32,000 bases of DNA from contig CP091279.1 of NCBI GenBank assembly GCA_021650915.1, forward strand, positions 3,420,001 through 3,452,000. Reading direction: 5' to 3'. Under the pieces are notes generated by a model, which saw nothing but the letters and a program-made list of their open reading frames with translations, made no database searches and had not been told where the DNA came from. The first letter of the stretch is position 1, and each line of letters starts with the position of its first letter. Position numbers and translations under genes: made by a program. The DNA is from Candidatus Brocadia sp. GTDB lineage: Bacteria > Planctomycetota > Brocadiia > Brocadiales > Brocadiaceae. Of the stretch, positions 1 to 7,829 are shown piece after piece.

Positions 1-1355
1 GGTATCATGGATATCTTGCGGACGGGGTCGGCATGCGGCACAGAGCATGCAACCAGGGCATGGCCTGATTCATGGTGGGCAACGATCTCCTTCTCCTTCT
101 TGTTCATCAGGCGCTTCTTTTTTTCGAGACCGGCCATAATGCGGTCAATCGCCTCTTCAAACTCCGGCATGCTCACGGCCGTCTTGTTTCTTCGCGCCGC
201 AAGCAGGGCTGCCTCGTTAACGAGATTTGCCAGGTCTGCGCCGACAAATCCCGGCGTCATCGCCGCAACCGAATGCAGATCAATCTCTTTTTCCAACTTC
301 ACGTCTTTTACGTGCACCTTCAGAATTGCCTCACGACCATGAAGATCGGGACGATCCACAACCACCTGCCGATCAAACCGTCCGGGCCTTAAAAGGGCGG
401 AGTCCAGCATCTCCGGTCGGTTGGTGGCGCCCATAATAATTACCCCCTTATTGGAGTCAAAGCCGTCCATCTCCACCAGCAACTGGTTTAACGTCTGCTC
501 GCGTTCATCGTGCCCGCCCATGGGATTTGCGCCGCGCGCCTTGCCAAGGGCATCCAGTTCATCGATAAAGATGATGCAGGGCGCCTTCTGGTCTGCCTGG
601 TTAAACAAATCCCTCACCCGCGCAGCGCCCACGCCGACAAACATTTCGACGAATTCCGACCCGCTCATATTGAAAAACGGCACCCCGGCCTCGCCCGCCA
701 CGGCCTTTGCCAGAAGCGTCTTTCCCGTTCCGGGAGCGCCCACGAGCAGAACGCCCTTGGGTATTTTGCCGCCCAGGGCGCGGAATTTTTCCGGCGTCTT
801 CAGAAATTCAATAATCTCCTGCAGTTCTTCCTTGGCCTCATCGATGCCCGCCACGTCGTCAAAGGTTACATTCAGGTCTTCCTGGGCATAGAGGCGGCCT
901 TTGCTCTTGCCAAACGTCATAATGCTGCTGGCGGGGCCAAATCGTTTAAATACAAAGCGCCAGATAAGAAACAGGATCAGCAGCGGCATGACCCAGGAGA
1001 AAAAGAACGTCCTTAGCCACGGGCTCTCATAGTGTCCTGCATATCTTACCCCCATGGATTCCAGGTCTTTCACCAGGTCAGGGTCCTCAACGCGCGCGGT
1101 GACAAAGATGGCATTTTTTGTGGTGCCGCGTTCCATCTCGCGCAGTTTGCCGCGAATTACCATATGGGAAATATGGCATTCGACGACGTTTCCATCTTTC
1201 ACCTGTTTTTTAAACTCACTGTACGTGATATCCCGTACTCCGGGGTTCATTAAATACATCTGGAGCAGGATAAAGAAACCAAAGGCGATAACAATATGCC
1301 AGACAGAAAACTTCTTTGGCATCTTAATCTGTATCTTTTTAAAATCTTTGAACAT
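1..1355 (-). CDS. ftsH: ATP-dependent zinc metalloprotease FtsH, paralog 1 (5' ~451 codons; 3' end lies beyond the left window edge)
   Basis: Absent from the supplied ORF track because it is open at the window edge. Hand translation of the minus strand from ATG 1355 (AAGGAG 7 nt upstream) gives [28 protein letters not shown]... It contains Walker A GAPGTGKT, Walker [33 protein letters not shown] and zinc site HESGHAL. It is colinear with the complete FtsH at 29573-31435. Plus-strand ORFs 7-1016 are antisense shadows. Confidence 0.9.
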   Translation of the reverse strand, partial: MFKDFKKIQIKMPKKFSVWHIVIAFGFFILLQMYLMNPGVRDITYSEFKKQVKDGNVVECHISHMVIRGKLREMERGTTKNAIFVTARVEDPDLVKDLESMGVRYAGHYESPWLRTFFFSWVMPLLILFLIWRFVFKRFGPASSIMTFGKSKGRLYAQEDLNVTFDDVAGIDEAKEELQEIIEFLKTPEKFRALGGKIPKGVLLVGAPGTGKTLLAKAVAGEAGVPFFNMSGSEFVEMFVGVGAARVRDLFNQADQKAPCIIFIDELDALGKARGANPMGGHDEREQTLNQLLVEMDGFDSNKGVIIMGATNRPEMLDSALLRPGRFDRQVVVDRPDLHGREAILKVHVKDVKLEKEIDLHSVAAMTPGFVGADLANLVNEAALLAARRNKTAVSMPEFEEAIDRIMAGLEKKKRLMNKKEKEIVAHHESGHALVACSVPHADPVRKISMI

Positions 1356-1401
1356 ATACACTCCTTGGAATGAAGCCACACCGTGCAAATAGTCAGTATC
1401 T

Positions 1402-1621
1402 TATAGTATTACTGTATAAAAACTTCTTTTTTTGTAAGTTTTTTCACAAACCCCTTTCAGAAGGTGCCGTTTTTTATGAGTGAAAGATTGCTTCGCTTCA
1501 CTCGCAATGACAACGTGCCGTGTGCCGTCAAAGTGCATGGTCGCTGTCATTGCGAGGGCCTTTTCCGAAGCAATCTCCCCGTTTTCATAAAGGAAATTTG
1601 GTTGCGGCTGCGCCGCGCTAT
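1402..1621 (+). repeat. Family A structured modular repeat, long variant, copy 1
   Basis: 5' arm is tatagtattactgtataaaaacttctttttttgtaagttttttcacaaaccc. The central long hairpin pairs gattgcttcg/ctcgcaatgaca with tgtcattgcgag/cgaagcaatc. 3' arm is aatttggttgcggctgcgccgcgctat. About 93% identical by hand alignment to 27290-27510. Confidence 0.85.
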
Positions 1622-1850
1622 AATATTACCGTATAAAAGCTTTCTTTTTTTGCAAGTTTTCTCGCAACCCTATTTATCCCTTGTCAGAAGGTACTGTTTA
1701 TTTATAAGAGAAGGATTGCTTCGCTTCACTCGCAATGACAACATGCCGTGTGCCATCAAAGTGCATGGTCGCTGTCATTGCGAGGGGCCTTTTTCGAAGC
1801 AATCTCCCCGCTTTCATAAAGGAAATTTGGTTGCGGCTGTGCTGCGCTAT
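1619..1850 (+). repeat. Family A repeat, long variant b, copy 2 (head-to-tail with copy 1)
   Basis: Starts tataatattaccgtataaaagctttctttttttgcaag, sharing the tat junction with the end of copy 1. Same hairpin core and the same 3' arm, ending ggttgcggctgtgctgcgctat. Confidence 0.8.
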
Positions 1851-2032
1851 GAGATAGTTATACCAGAATCTTTGTGTAATTCATAACCTATTTTAGCAGA
1901 AAGGGCTAAAACACTCAAAAAAACTTTGGCATGCCGGGAAATTTTTATCGATAACCACTTCTGCGCATCCCGTTAACAAAGAATTGTGGTAACAAGGTGG
2001 CCTTTTGAAAAATCCCGAAGGGATGTCATGAT

Positions 2033-2103
2033 TATAGAAAAAAACTTTTTTTGCAAGTTTTTTCGCAACCCTATTTATCCCTTACCAGAAGGCACTGTTT
2101 ATT
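2033..2103 (+). repeat. Family A repeat, copy 3, 5' part (split by a nested insertion)
   Basis: actttttttgcaagttttttcgcaaccctatttatcccttaccagaaggcactgtttatt matches copy 2 up to ctgtttatt and then breaks. The left boundary is approximate because the arm is degenerate. Confidence 0.7.
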
Positions 2104-2430
2104 AATAATGTAGAAAACCACGTCCTGTGGGCGTGGTCAGAGAACAACGGCTATGCCAGTAATCCCCTTCGATAAGTATGACGGAACTGGTTTTCGCCAT
2201 GCCGGTATTTTCCCAAAGAGATGTTCAATTTTGAGTATAAAACATTGAAAATACAAATAGGCTTACCGCTCATATCTCAAAGAAGCATTTTGGTTGCATG
2301 AAAACGAATCGCAGTTAGTTCTACACACCACGGGAATTACTTACAGTTTGCGTAATGAGTACAAATGGCAAACTTATCCCCTTTTAGGGGTTAACCCAAA
2401 GCCACCTGCTCCGCGGGTGGCTTCTTTACT
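2104..2430. mobile_element. Nested 327-bp insertion with subterminal hairpins (PATE-like non-autonomous element or small-RNA cassette; function unknown)
   Basis: Removing 2104-2430 rejoins ctgtttatt + tataagag, which equals the uninterrupted copy 2 sequence ctgtttatttataagag. There is at most 1 nt of junction ambiguity, so no target duplication. Hairpins are accacg-tcctgtggg-cgtggt (2117-2137) and gccacc-tgctccgcg-ggtggc (2401-2421). Each is followed by a T-run facing outward. Confidence 0.45.
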
Positions 2431-2577
2431 TATAAGAGAAGGATTGCTTCGCTTCACTCGCAATGACAACGTGCCGTGTGCCATCAAAGTGCATGGTCGC
2501 TGTCATTGCGAGGGCCTTTTCCGAAGCAATCTCCCCGTTTTCATAAAGGAAATTTGGTTGCGGCTGCGCTGGGCTAT
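2431..2577 (+). repeat. Family A repeat, copy 3, 3' part (hairpin core plus 3' arm)
   Basis: tataagagaaggattgcttcgcttcactcgcaatgacaac...gtcattgcgagggccttttccgaagcaatc...ggttgcggctgcgctgggctat. Confidence 0.8.
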
Positions 2578-2637
2578 AATCATGGCATCCCTTCGGGATT
2601 ACAGCATAGGTGACACATTCGTTTTTTGAAAAAGGAG

Positions 2638-2707
2638 GTGCGAAGCATTTGCCAGCTTGGGGTGTGAACACCTGTATGCCAATTTATGGCAAATGCTTAG
2701 CCCCTAC
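2638..2707. repeat. Family B hairpin repeat, copy 1
   Basis: gtgcgaagcatttgcca...tggcaaatgcttagcccctac forms a long imperfect hairpin. It resembles 21096-21164. It is itself bracketed by an outer inverted repeat, ggtgacacattcgttttttgaaaaa (about 2600-2625) and tttttcaaaaaacgaacgtatcacacc (about 2738-2765). Confidence 0.7.
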
Positions 2708-3042
2708 ACCGCGCGGTAACAACGTTATTATGGTAATTTTTCAAAAAACGAACGTATCACACCTTTCTTTTTTGGTAACAGTTCACCCCCTGGTGTGAAA
2801 GAAACAAATTCATCGGGGCATTTTTAAGAGATAGGCTGCGTAGAGTAATTCGAAAGAATTAAGCAGCCAGATGAGTGTGGTCAGGGAGGTGTTGTAGAAG
2901 CAAGGATGGCATGGAGAGATGGTGTCGGTGGGCGTGGATAGATTGACGGAAGAAGTCAAGGGTGTTTCTACGCTGCATCCGGCAGGATTGCCAAACGGTA
3001 AGCAACCGCGCCCGAAGAATTTGTCCCTTGTCGCTGCGGGTA

Positions 3043-3154
3043 CACTAGTGTGCAGACATATTAATAACGAAACATATAAATGCTGTTTTGCGGCGCGATA
3101 TAGCTAAAATTGTCCACAATATATAATTTGTAATTAATATGTCTACACACTAGT
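3043..3154. repeat. 112-bp block bounded by 23-bp near-perfect inverted repeats (possible miniature element)
   Basis: cactagtgtgcagacatattaat (3043-3065) matches the reverse complement of attaatatgtctacacactagtg (3132-3154) at 22 of 23 positions. It lies at the 5' limit of the integrase remnant. Confidence 0.6.
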
Positions 3155-3721
3155 GACGAGGAAAAAAGACTTCTTAATAACTCTCCGCAATGGTTAAGAG
3201 AAATTGTCACCTTTGACCTGCATACCGGCCATCGTCAAGATGCGCTGCTTTCACGTCAATGGAGCCGGGTTGATTTGTTCCGCAAAATCATCATCATACA
3301 AGAAACGAAAAGCGGCAAACCCCGTACGGTTCCGTTGAATCAAATTGCCCTGGGTGTTTTAGCAGAAAAGGCTAAAGTAAGGCATATGAAAAGTGACCTT
3401 GTTTTCCTGAGTAGAGCATCAACCAAGATTGCCCGACATAATCTGAGAAGGGCTTTTAATACTGCTTTAGATAAGTCGGGAATTCAGGATTTCCATTTCC
3501 ACGACATACGGCATGCCTTTGCAACACGTTTAGCGCAACGGGGCGGTGATATTTACAAAGTCTCAAAACTGCTGGGACATGCTCATATTTCCATGAGCAC
3601 AAGGTATGCTCACCTTTGCCCGGAATCCTTGAGGGACGGCGTGAATATTTTAGAGAATTTGGGTCACGATTTGGTCATGGTAGAGGGAAACCGAATGTGT
3701 CAACTGCCTGAAAACCCTTGA
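3137..3721 (+). pseudogene. Tyrosine recombinase / phage-type integrase, C-terminal catalytic domain only, with 5' frameshift
   Basis: WLREIVTFDLHTGHRQDALLSRQWSRVDL (Arg box), HFHDIRHAFATRLAQ (HxxR), LLGHAHISMSTRYAH (catalytic Tyr). The N-terminal domain is missing. DEEKRLLNN lies in a different frame from SPQWLREIV (extra c near 3180). It ends 6 nt from the 3' end of tRNA-Val. Confidence 0.8.
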
Positions 3722-3727
3722 TTTGTA

Positions 3728-3803
3728 TGGTGGGCGCTAGTGGATTCGAACCACTGATCCCTTGCGTGTGAAGCAAGTGCTCTAGCCGCTGAGCCAAGCG
3801 CCC
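3728..3803 (-). tRNA. tRNA-Val (anticodon CAC), CCA encoded
   Basis: Reverse complement is GGGCGCTTGGCTCAGCGGCTAGAGCACTTGCTTCACACGCAAGGGATCAGTGGTTCGAATCCACTAGCGCCCACCA. It folds into a full cloverleaf: 7-bp acceptor, D stem GCTC/GAGC, anticodon stem CTTGC/GCAAG with loop TTCACAC, and T stem AGTGG/CCACT with loop TTCGAAT. Confidence 0.92.
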
Positions 3804-3944
3804 GGATTAGGAGCTATTTTTCTCTGATTATTCTATGAAAAATTCAATCTCATTTCCATACTAAAAAAAGAGTACAGGGGAAATCTCCTTCAACAAACCA
3901 AGCAAGTACAGTAACTTCCTATACAATCCAGCGCAAAAACCTCG

Positions 3945-4805
3945 TCACCGGTGAGTCAAAAACCCTTTTACCAACCGGGGTAGAGAGCCGATCCACGCCT
4001 GAGGCCCCAAAGTATGTATCAGGAGTTTGTGATTATACAATGAATCCTTAAACCACTGACCCCTTTTTGCTTCACGGCTTCCACCAGATGGAACCTCCTG
4101 ATGAATTACGATAGCATCGCCCCGGTACTGCCCATAGTAGCCTTCTTTTGCCAGTCTTAATCCAAAATCTGCTTCAAAATAGTATGCATTGCCCGTAAAA
4201 CCGCTATGAAAACCACCGATTTTTAAAAATGATTCCCGCCTTACAGCCATATTGCATCCGCGTGGAGAATTTATTTTGCAGATACCTGGCTGATTAAAAT
4301 TTCCCAAAATTACCCCAAATTTATTGGCCCAACCAACGATACGACCATTCAATTTTTTATCACTTCCTACAAATAATCCAAAAAACCATTCTGTCATAAT
4401 TCGAAACCACTCTGAGAATGCAGATCTTCCCTTCGTTAAACGAACTTCCCGTCCGGAAGTATATACCAAATCAGGCTGTTCATCAAAAGCCCTGATATGC
4501 GCCTCCAGCCATCCAAAGCAAGGCACGGCATCATCATCTAAAATTACGATAATATCTGCCTGAGAACTTGTAATGCAATGATTCAATGTACCGGTAGTGC
4601 TGGGATGTGGTAATACCTCAATCCGTAAATATGGATCACTCTTTAATTGGGCCTGAAAATCCTGATCGGATACATTCCCTTGTAACCCTACGCAGACTTT
4701 AAGAGTGGGATATAACACCCTAATCTGTTTTAAGGTATCCTGAAGGGTATTTAATCGATTGTAGCTTGGAATAACCAGTTCAACGATCAGGTTCGACTTT
4801 GACAA
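3945..4805 (-). CDS. Glycosyltransferase family 2-like
   Basis: LVIPSYNRLNTL at the N-terminus, the acidic motif IIVILDDDAVP, and RRESFLKIGGF. Confidence 0.75.
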   Translation of the reverse strand: MSKSNLIVELVIPSYNRLNTLQDTLKQIRVLYPTLKVCVGLQGNVSDQDFQAQLKSDPYLRIEVLPHPSTTGTLNHCITSSQADIIVILDDDAVPCFGWLEAHIRAFDEQPDLVYTSGREVRLTKGRSAFSEWFRIMTEWFFGLFVGSDKKLNGRIVGWANKFGVILGNFNQPGICKINSPRGCNMAVRRESFLKIGGFHSGFTGNAYYFEADFGLRLAKEGYYGQYRGDAIVIHQEVPSGGSREAKRGQWFKDSLYNHKLLIHTLGPQAWIGSLPRLVKGFLTHR

Positions 4806-4841
4806 GACAAAACTCCCTTGAGGGGCAAAATTTCCTGCTTC

Positions 4842-5663
4842 TTAAAACTTACTTCTCATAGAATTCACAAATTTTTTAGGAAGGATATCTTTAAGAATCT
4901 TTTTTAAAAACGTATCGGTCAGCAACAGCATATAATAGATATCAATTTTTATACTCTTTGAATACGTTCTTGCTATCGACCAATGATCCTTCACCCTTCT
5001 CAAACAACCTGAATCTGATAGTCCCCCTGCTAAAATTGAGGATACAACTATACCGGTATTGTAAAATCTAAAGTTATTTATATATGCGCTATAGATAAAC
5101 TCATAATCAGCATTCATGGTATTTTTTCTATTAAATTTATACCGTTTCATAAGCGATGCCTTAACGAACAAACTCTGATGGCAGAAAACCATGCCTTTCC
5201 AAAGATTTTGTATTGGAAGGGCTTTCTGTATCTTTGAAAAATTTTGATCGTAGTTAATCTGGTGATGTCCGTAAATAAAATCAGCGTGTAGATCGCATTC
5301 CTTAAAAACCTTTTCAATAGTATTGCTTTCATAAAATTTATCACCGGCATTCATGAAATTGATCCATTCACCTTTAGCCAGGTCAATTCCTTTATTCATG
5401 GCATCATATATGCCATTATCGGGCTCGCTTAGCCAATAATCAATTTGATCCTCATACTTTTTAATTATATCCAATGTTCCATCTGTAGAATTGCCATCAA
5501 TAATAATATATTCAATTTTATTATACCTTTGGTTCAAAACACTAAGAATCGTTTGTTCGAGATGTTTTTTCCCATTATAAACTACCGTAATAACACTAAT
5601 CTGTGGCTCTTTCGGTTCTGATATTTTTCTAGTCTTTTGATGAATATAAATTCCGTCCTCCAT
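4842..5663 (-). CDS. Glycosyltransferase family 2
   Basis: ISVITVVYNGKKHLEQTILSVLNQ, YIIIDGNSTDGT, DNGIYDAMNKG, FMNAGDKF. Confidence 0.8.
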   Translation of the reverse strand: MEDGIYIHQKTRKISEPKEPQISVITVVYNGKKHLEQTILSVLNQRYNKIEYIIIDGNSTDGTLDIIKKYEDQIDYWLSEPDNGIYDAMNKGIDLAKGEWINFMNAGDKFYESNTIEKVFKECDLHADFIYGHHQINYDQNFSKIQKALPIQNLWKGMVFCHQSLFVKASLMKRYKFNRKNTMNADYEFIYSAYINNFRFYNTGIVVSSILAGGLSDSGCLRRVKDHWSIARTYSKSIKIDIYYMLLLTDTFLKKILKDILPKKFVNSMRSKF

Positions 5664-5770
5664 ATGGTTCTGATAAGTATATCGATTCTTATATCCCTCG
5701 GATGGAAAATATCATTAGCAATAATCCTGCAGGTAAAATAATTGTTAGTGACCTTAAGCTAAGAAACCTG

Positions 5771-6733
5771 TCAAGTAATATTTTTATACCGTTCCGTACG
5801 ACTCAAATATACTCTCTTAAAGTATTTTAATAGTGCCCATTTTTCTTTTGTAGGTCTAATTACCGAAAGCGGTATATTAAAATGTTCCAATTTTTGAATA
5901 CTTTTCGAAAGTCTCAAAAAATACAGATCATAAAAACGTTCCCCTTTTTTTCCAACACGATAATCTCCATAAAGCCTTACTCTGCTAGGCGCAATGATTC
6001 TTAAATTATGAAAATGGAAGAAAACAGGATTTAGATTATCACTTATAAGATTAGTAAAATATCGGACATTCCAAGGGGCAAGTGTTTTATTAACTTGTTT
6101 TAATACATGTATCTCTTCAGAAAATAAATCTGGCCATAAATCTAAGTATTTCTGGTCACCAAACCTTCCGTCTTCAAAATTGGCAAAGCACCAATCCAGA
6201 CATTTATTTTGCCACCATTTCATAATCTTTGCAGCTTGTATGGTGCTTCTAAAGGTTGTAAACTGAACACAGAACCGACCACACAAAGGACGCAAGTAAT
6301 CGTACTCAGGGGCATAAGCATGTTCGGTAATCAAAACATGTTTTCCACTTTGATTCAATTCGCAGAGTAAGATTCTCGGATCATCGAAAAAGAACATATC
6401 TGCATCCAGGTAGGTAACGCGTTCTACAGTAGTATCTCGATCAAACACAGTGTGGGGTGTAAACGGTGTCAATGTCCAGCAATATTCACCCTGTGTGCGT
6501 CCTGGTTTCACTGCTAATAACTCCTGGGTTTCTATCTCTTTAAGCGGAATTAATGTTACATGAGATAAGGATATTTGTTTTAACTGTTTTTCAACCATTT
6601 CATCCATGCATAAAATCCACAAATGAAATGGCTGTGCATGAGTCATCAATGAATCATGAAGCGCCATTCCCAAAGGTAAAAATTTACTGTCAAATAAAGT
6701 AACAAAGTGCTCCATAGATCTATTTGAATTCAT
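5771..6733 (-). CDS. GT-A fold glycosyltransferase (GT8-like, DXD), paralog of 13149-14147
   Basis: VTYLDADMFFF, CVQFTTFR, GDQKYLD and APWNVRYF align with YLDADTYFY, CVQFMTFR, GDQKYLD and APWNVQQY in the paralog. The probable start is MEHFVTLF at 6715. Confidence 0.65.
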   Translation of the reverse strand: MNSNRSMEHFVTLFDSKFLPLGMALHDSLMTHAQPFHLWILCMDEMVEKQLKQISLSHVTLIPLKEIETQELLAVKPGRTQGEYCWTLTPFTPHTVFDRDTTVERVTYLDADMFFFDDPRILLCELNQSGKHVLITEHAYAPEYDYLRPLCGRFCVQFTTFRSTIQAAKIMKWWQNKCLDWCFANFEDGRFGDQKYLDLWPDLFSEEIHVLKQVNKTLAPWNVRYFTNLISDNLNPVFFHFHNLRIIAPSRVRLYGDYRVGKKGERFYDLYFLRLSKSIQKLEHFNIPLSVIRPTKEKWALLKYFKRVYLSRTERYKNIT

Positions 6734-7829
6734 TAATGGCCTCTATCACCTTGTTAACCTCGTCATCACTCATTTGAGGATGACATGGAATGGAGAGACA
6801 ACGGGTGGCGTGAACTTCGGCATGAATCAAACCTTTCGGATCACGTCGTATGCTTCTGCATGGTACTTGATGGTGAACAGGTATTGGATAATGAATGAGA
6901 TTGTCAACTCCATGCTCCACAAGGTAATTACTCAGACGGTCTCTTTTATCGCATAAAATTACAAAAAGGTGATAAACATGACATTTGCTTTCCACCGGTT
7001 CGGCCATTAAGTGAACAAGTGGATTTTTAATACCATCGAAATAGGCTTTTGCAATCTCCTTGCGTCTGGCACTGAAAAAATCAAACCAACCGAGGCGGGC
7101 TGTCAGGATTGCAGCATGCATCTCGTCCAGACGACTATTTAAACCAAGCTCTGAATGATGATACCGCTGGGACTGCCCATAGTTACGAAGTATTTTGGCC
7201 TGATTCGCTAACGCTTCTGAATTGGTGATGATTGCCCCGCCATCACCCAACGTGCCTAGATTTTTAGTTGGGTAAAAACTATAAGCTCCCCAGGCACCAA
7301 AAGCCCCTGCAACCTTATTTTTCCAGAAGGCCAAATGTGATTGGGCGCAGTCTTCTAACAATTGAATACCGGCATGATTACAAAGCGTAATCCATGAATC
7401 CATATTTCGCACCTGCCCGTAAAGATGTACAAGCAACACTGCCCGAGTGCGAGAGGAAAGACATCGTTCAACACTTGCGGGGTCTAACAAAGCTGTTGCT
7501 GGTTCAATATCAGCAAGAACCGGGATTGCACCAGCACGAATAATCGCCAACACGGTGGCAAAGGCAGTCATTGGTGTAGTGATTACTTCATCCCCAGAAC
7601 CAATTTTAAGTGCCCGTAAACCTATCTCAATAGCATCCATCCCATTGCCAACCCCTATAGCGTAATTTACCCGACAGTGGCTTGCCCAAGCTGATTCGAA
7701 ATTGCTGACTTGATTCCCGAGAATATACCAACCAGACTTAATTACCTTTTCAACTGCTGCAACTTCCTGTTGGATAAGCTCTGCTGGTTCTGCCTGAAAA
7801 TTGTTCATCAAAATCATATTTAGTCCCAA
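6720..7829 (-). CDS. DegT/DnrJ/EryC1/StrS-family PLP-dependent sugar aminotransferase
   Basis: GVGNGMDAIEIGLRALKIGSGDEVITTPMTAFAT, and SFYPTKNLGTLGDGGAIITN containing the PLP lysine. Confidence 0.88.
   Translation of the reverse strand: MGLNMILMNNFQAEPAELIQQEVAAVEKVIKSGWYILGNQVSNFESAWASHCRVNYAIGVGNGMDAIEIGLRALKIGSGDEVITTPMTAFATVLAIIRAGAIPVLADIEPATALLDPASVERCLSSRTRAVLLVHLYGQVRNMDSWITLCNHAGIQLLEDCAQSHLAFWKNKVAGAFGAWGAYSFYPTKNLGTLGDGGAIITNSEALANQAKILRNYGQSQRYHHSELGLNSRLDEMHAAILTARLGWFDFFSARRKEIAKAYFDGIKNPLVHLMAEPVESKCHVYHLFVILCDKRDRLSNYLVEHGVDNLIHYPIPVHHQVPCRSIRRDPKGLIHAEVHATRCLSIPCHPQMSDDEVNKVIEAINEFK

Noticed and set aside
7-1016. Plus-strand ORFs 7-342, 72-392, 227-436, 421-891 and 510-1016, and the equivalent set at 30146-31100
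   Set aside because: They are antisense shadows of the two ftsH genes. The same odd peptide ([22 protein letters not shown]) appears opposite both paralogs. The minus-strand frame carries all the FtsH motifs.
1355-1460. Outward-facing sigma-70 promoter inside the family A 5' arm driving ftsH
   Set aside because: A TATAAT or TATAAG is formed at the arm terminus in some copies. I found no acceptably spaced -35 hexamer (16-18 nt upstream is AGAAAG-like). I leave it as a testable idea only.
1464-2671. ORFs 1464-1886, 2294-2629 and 2426-2671, and likewise 27089-27532 and 27323-27649, encoding LLRFTRNDN...CHCEG / VIASEAKQSF peptides
   Set aside because: They are translations of the family A hairpin repeat on either strand. 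The apparent conservation comes from nucleotide-level repeats, not from a protein family.
1402-2707. Possible CRISPR array, suggested by repeated units at roughly 220-230 bp spacing
   Set aside because: The units are 100-230 bp, internally structured and directly abutting. There are no short uniform repeats separated by unique spacers, and there are no cas genes in the window.
3728-3803. attL/attR pair delimiting an intact genomic island at tRNA-Val
   Set aside because: No second copy of the tRNA 3' segment was found anywhere in the window, and the integrase is degraded. Only a relic can be claimed.
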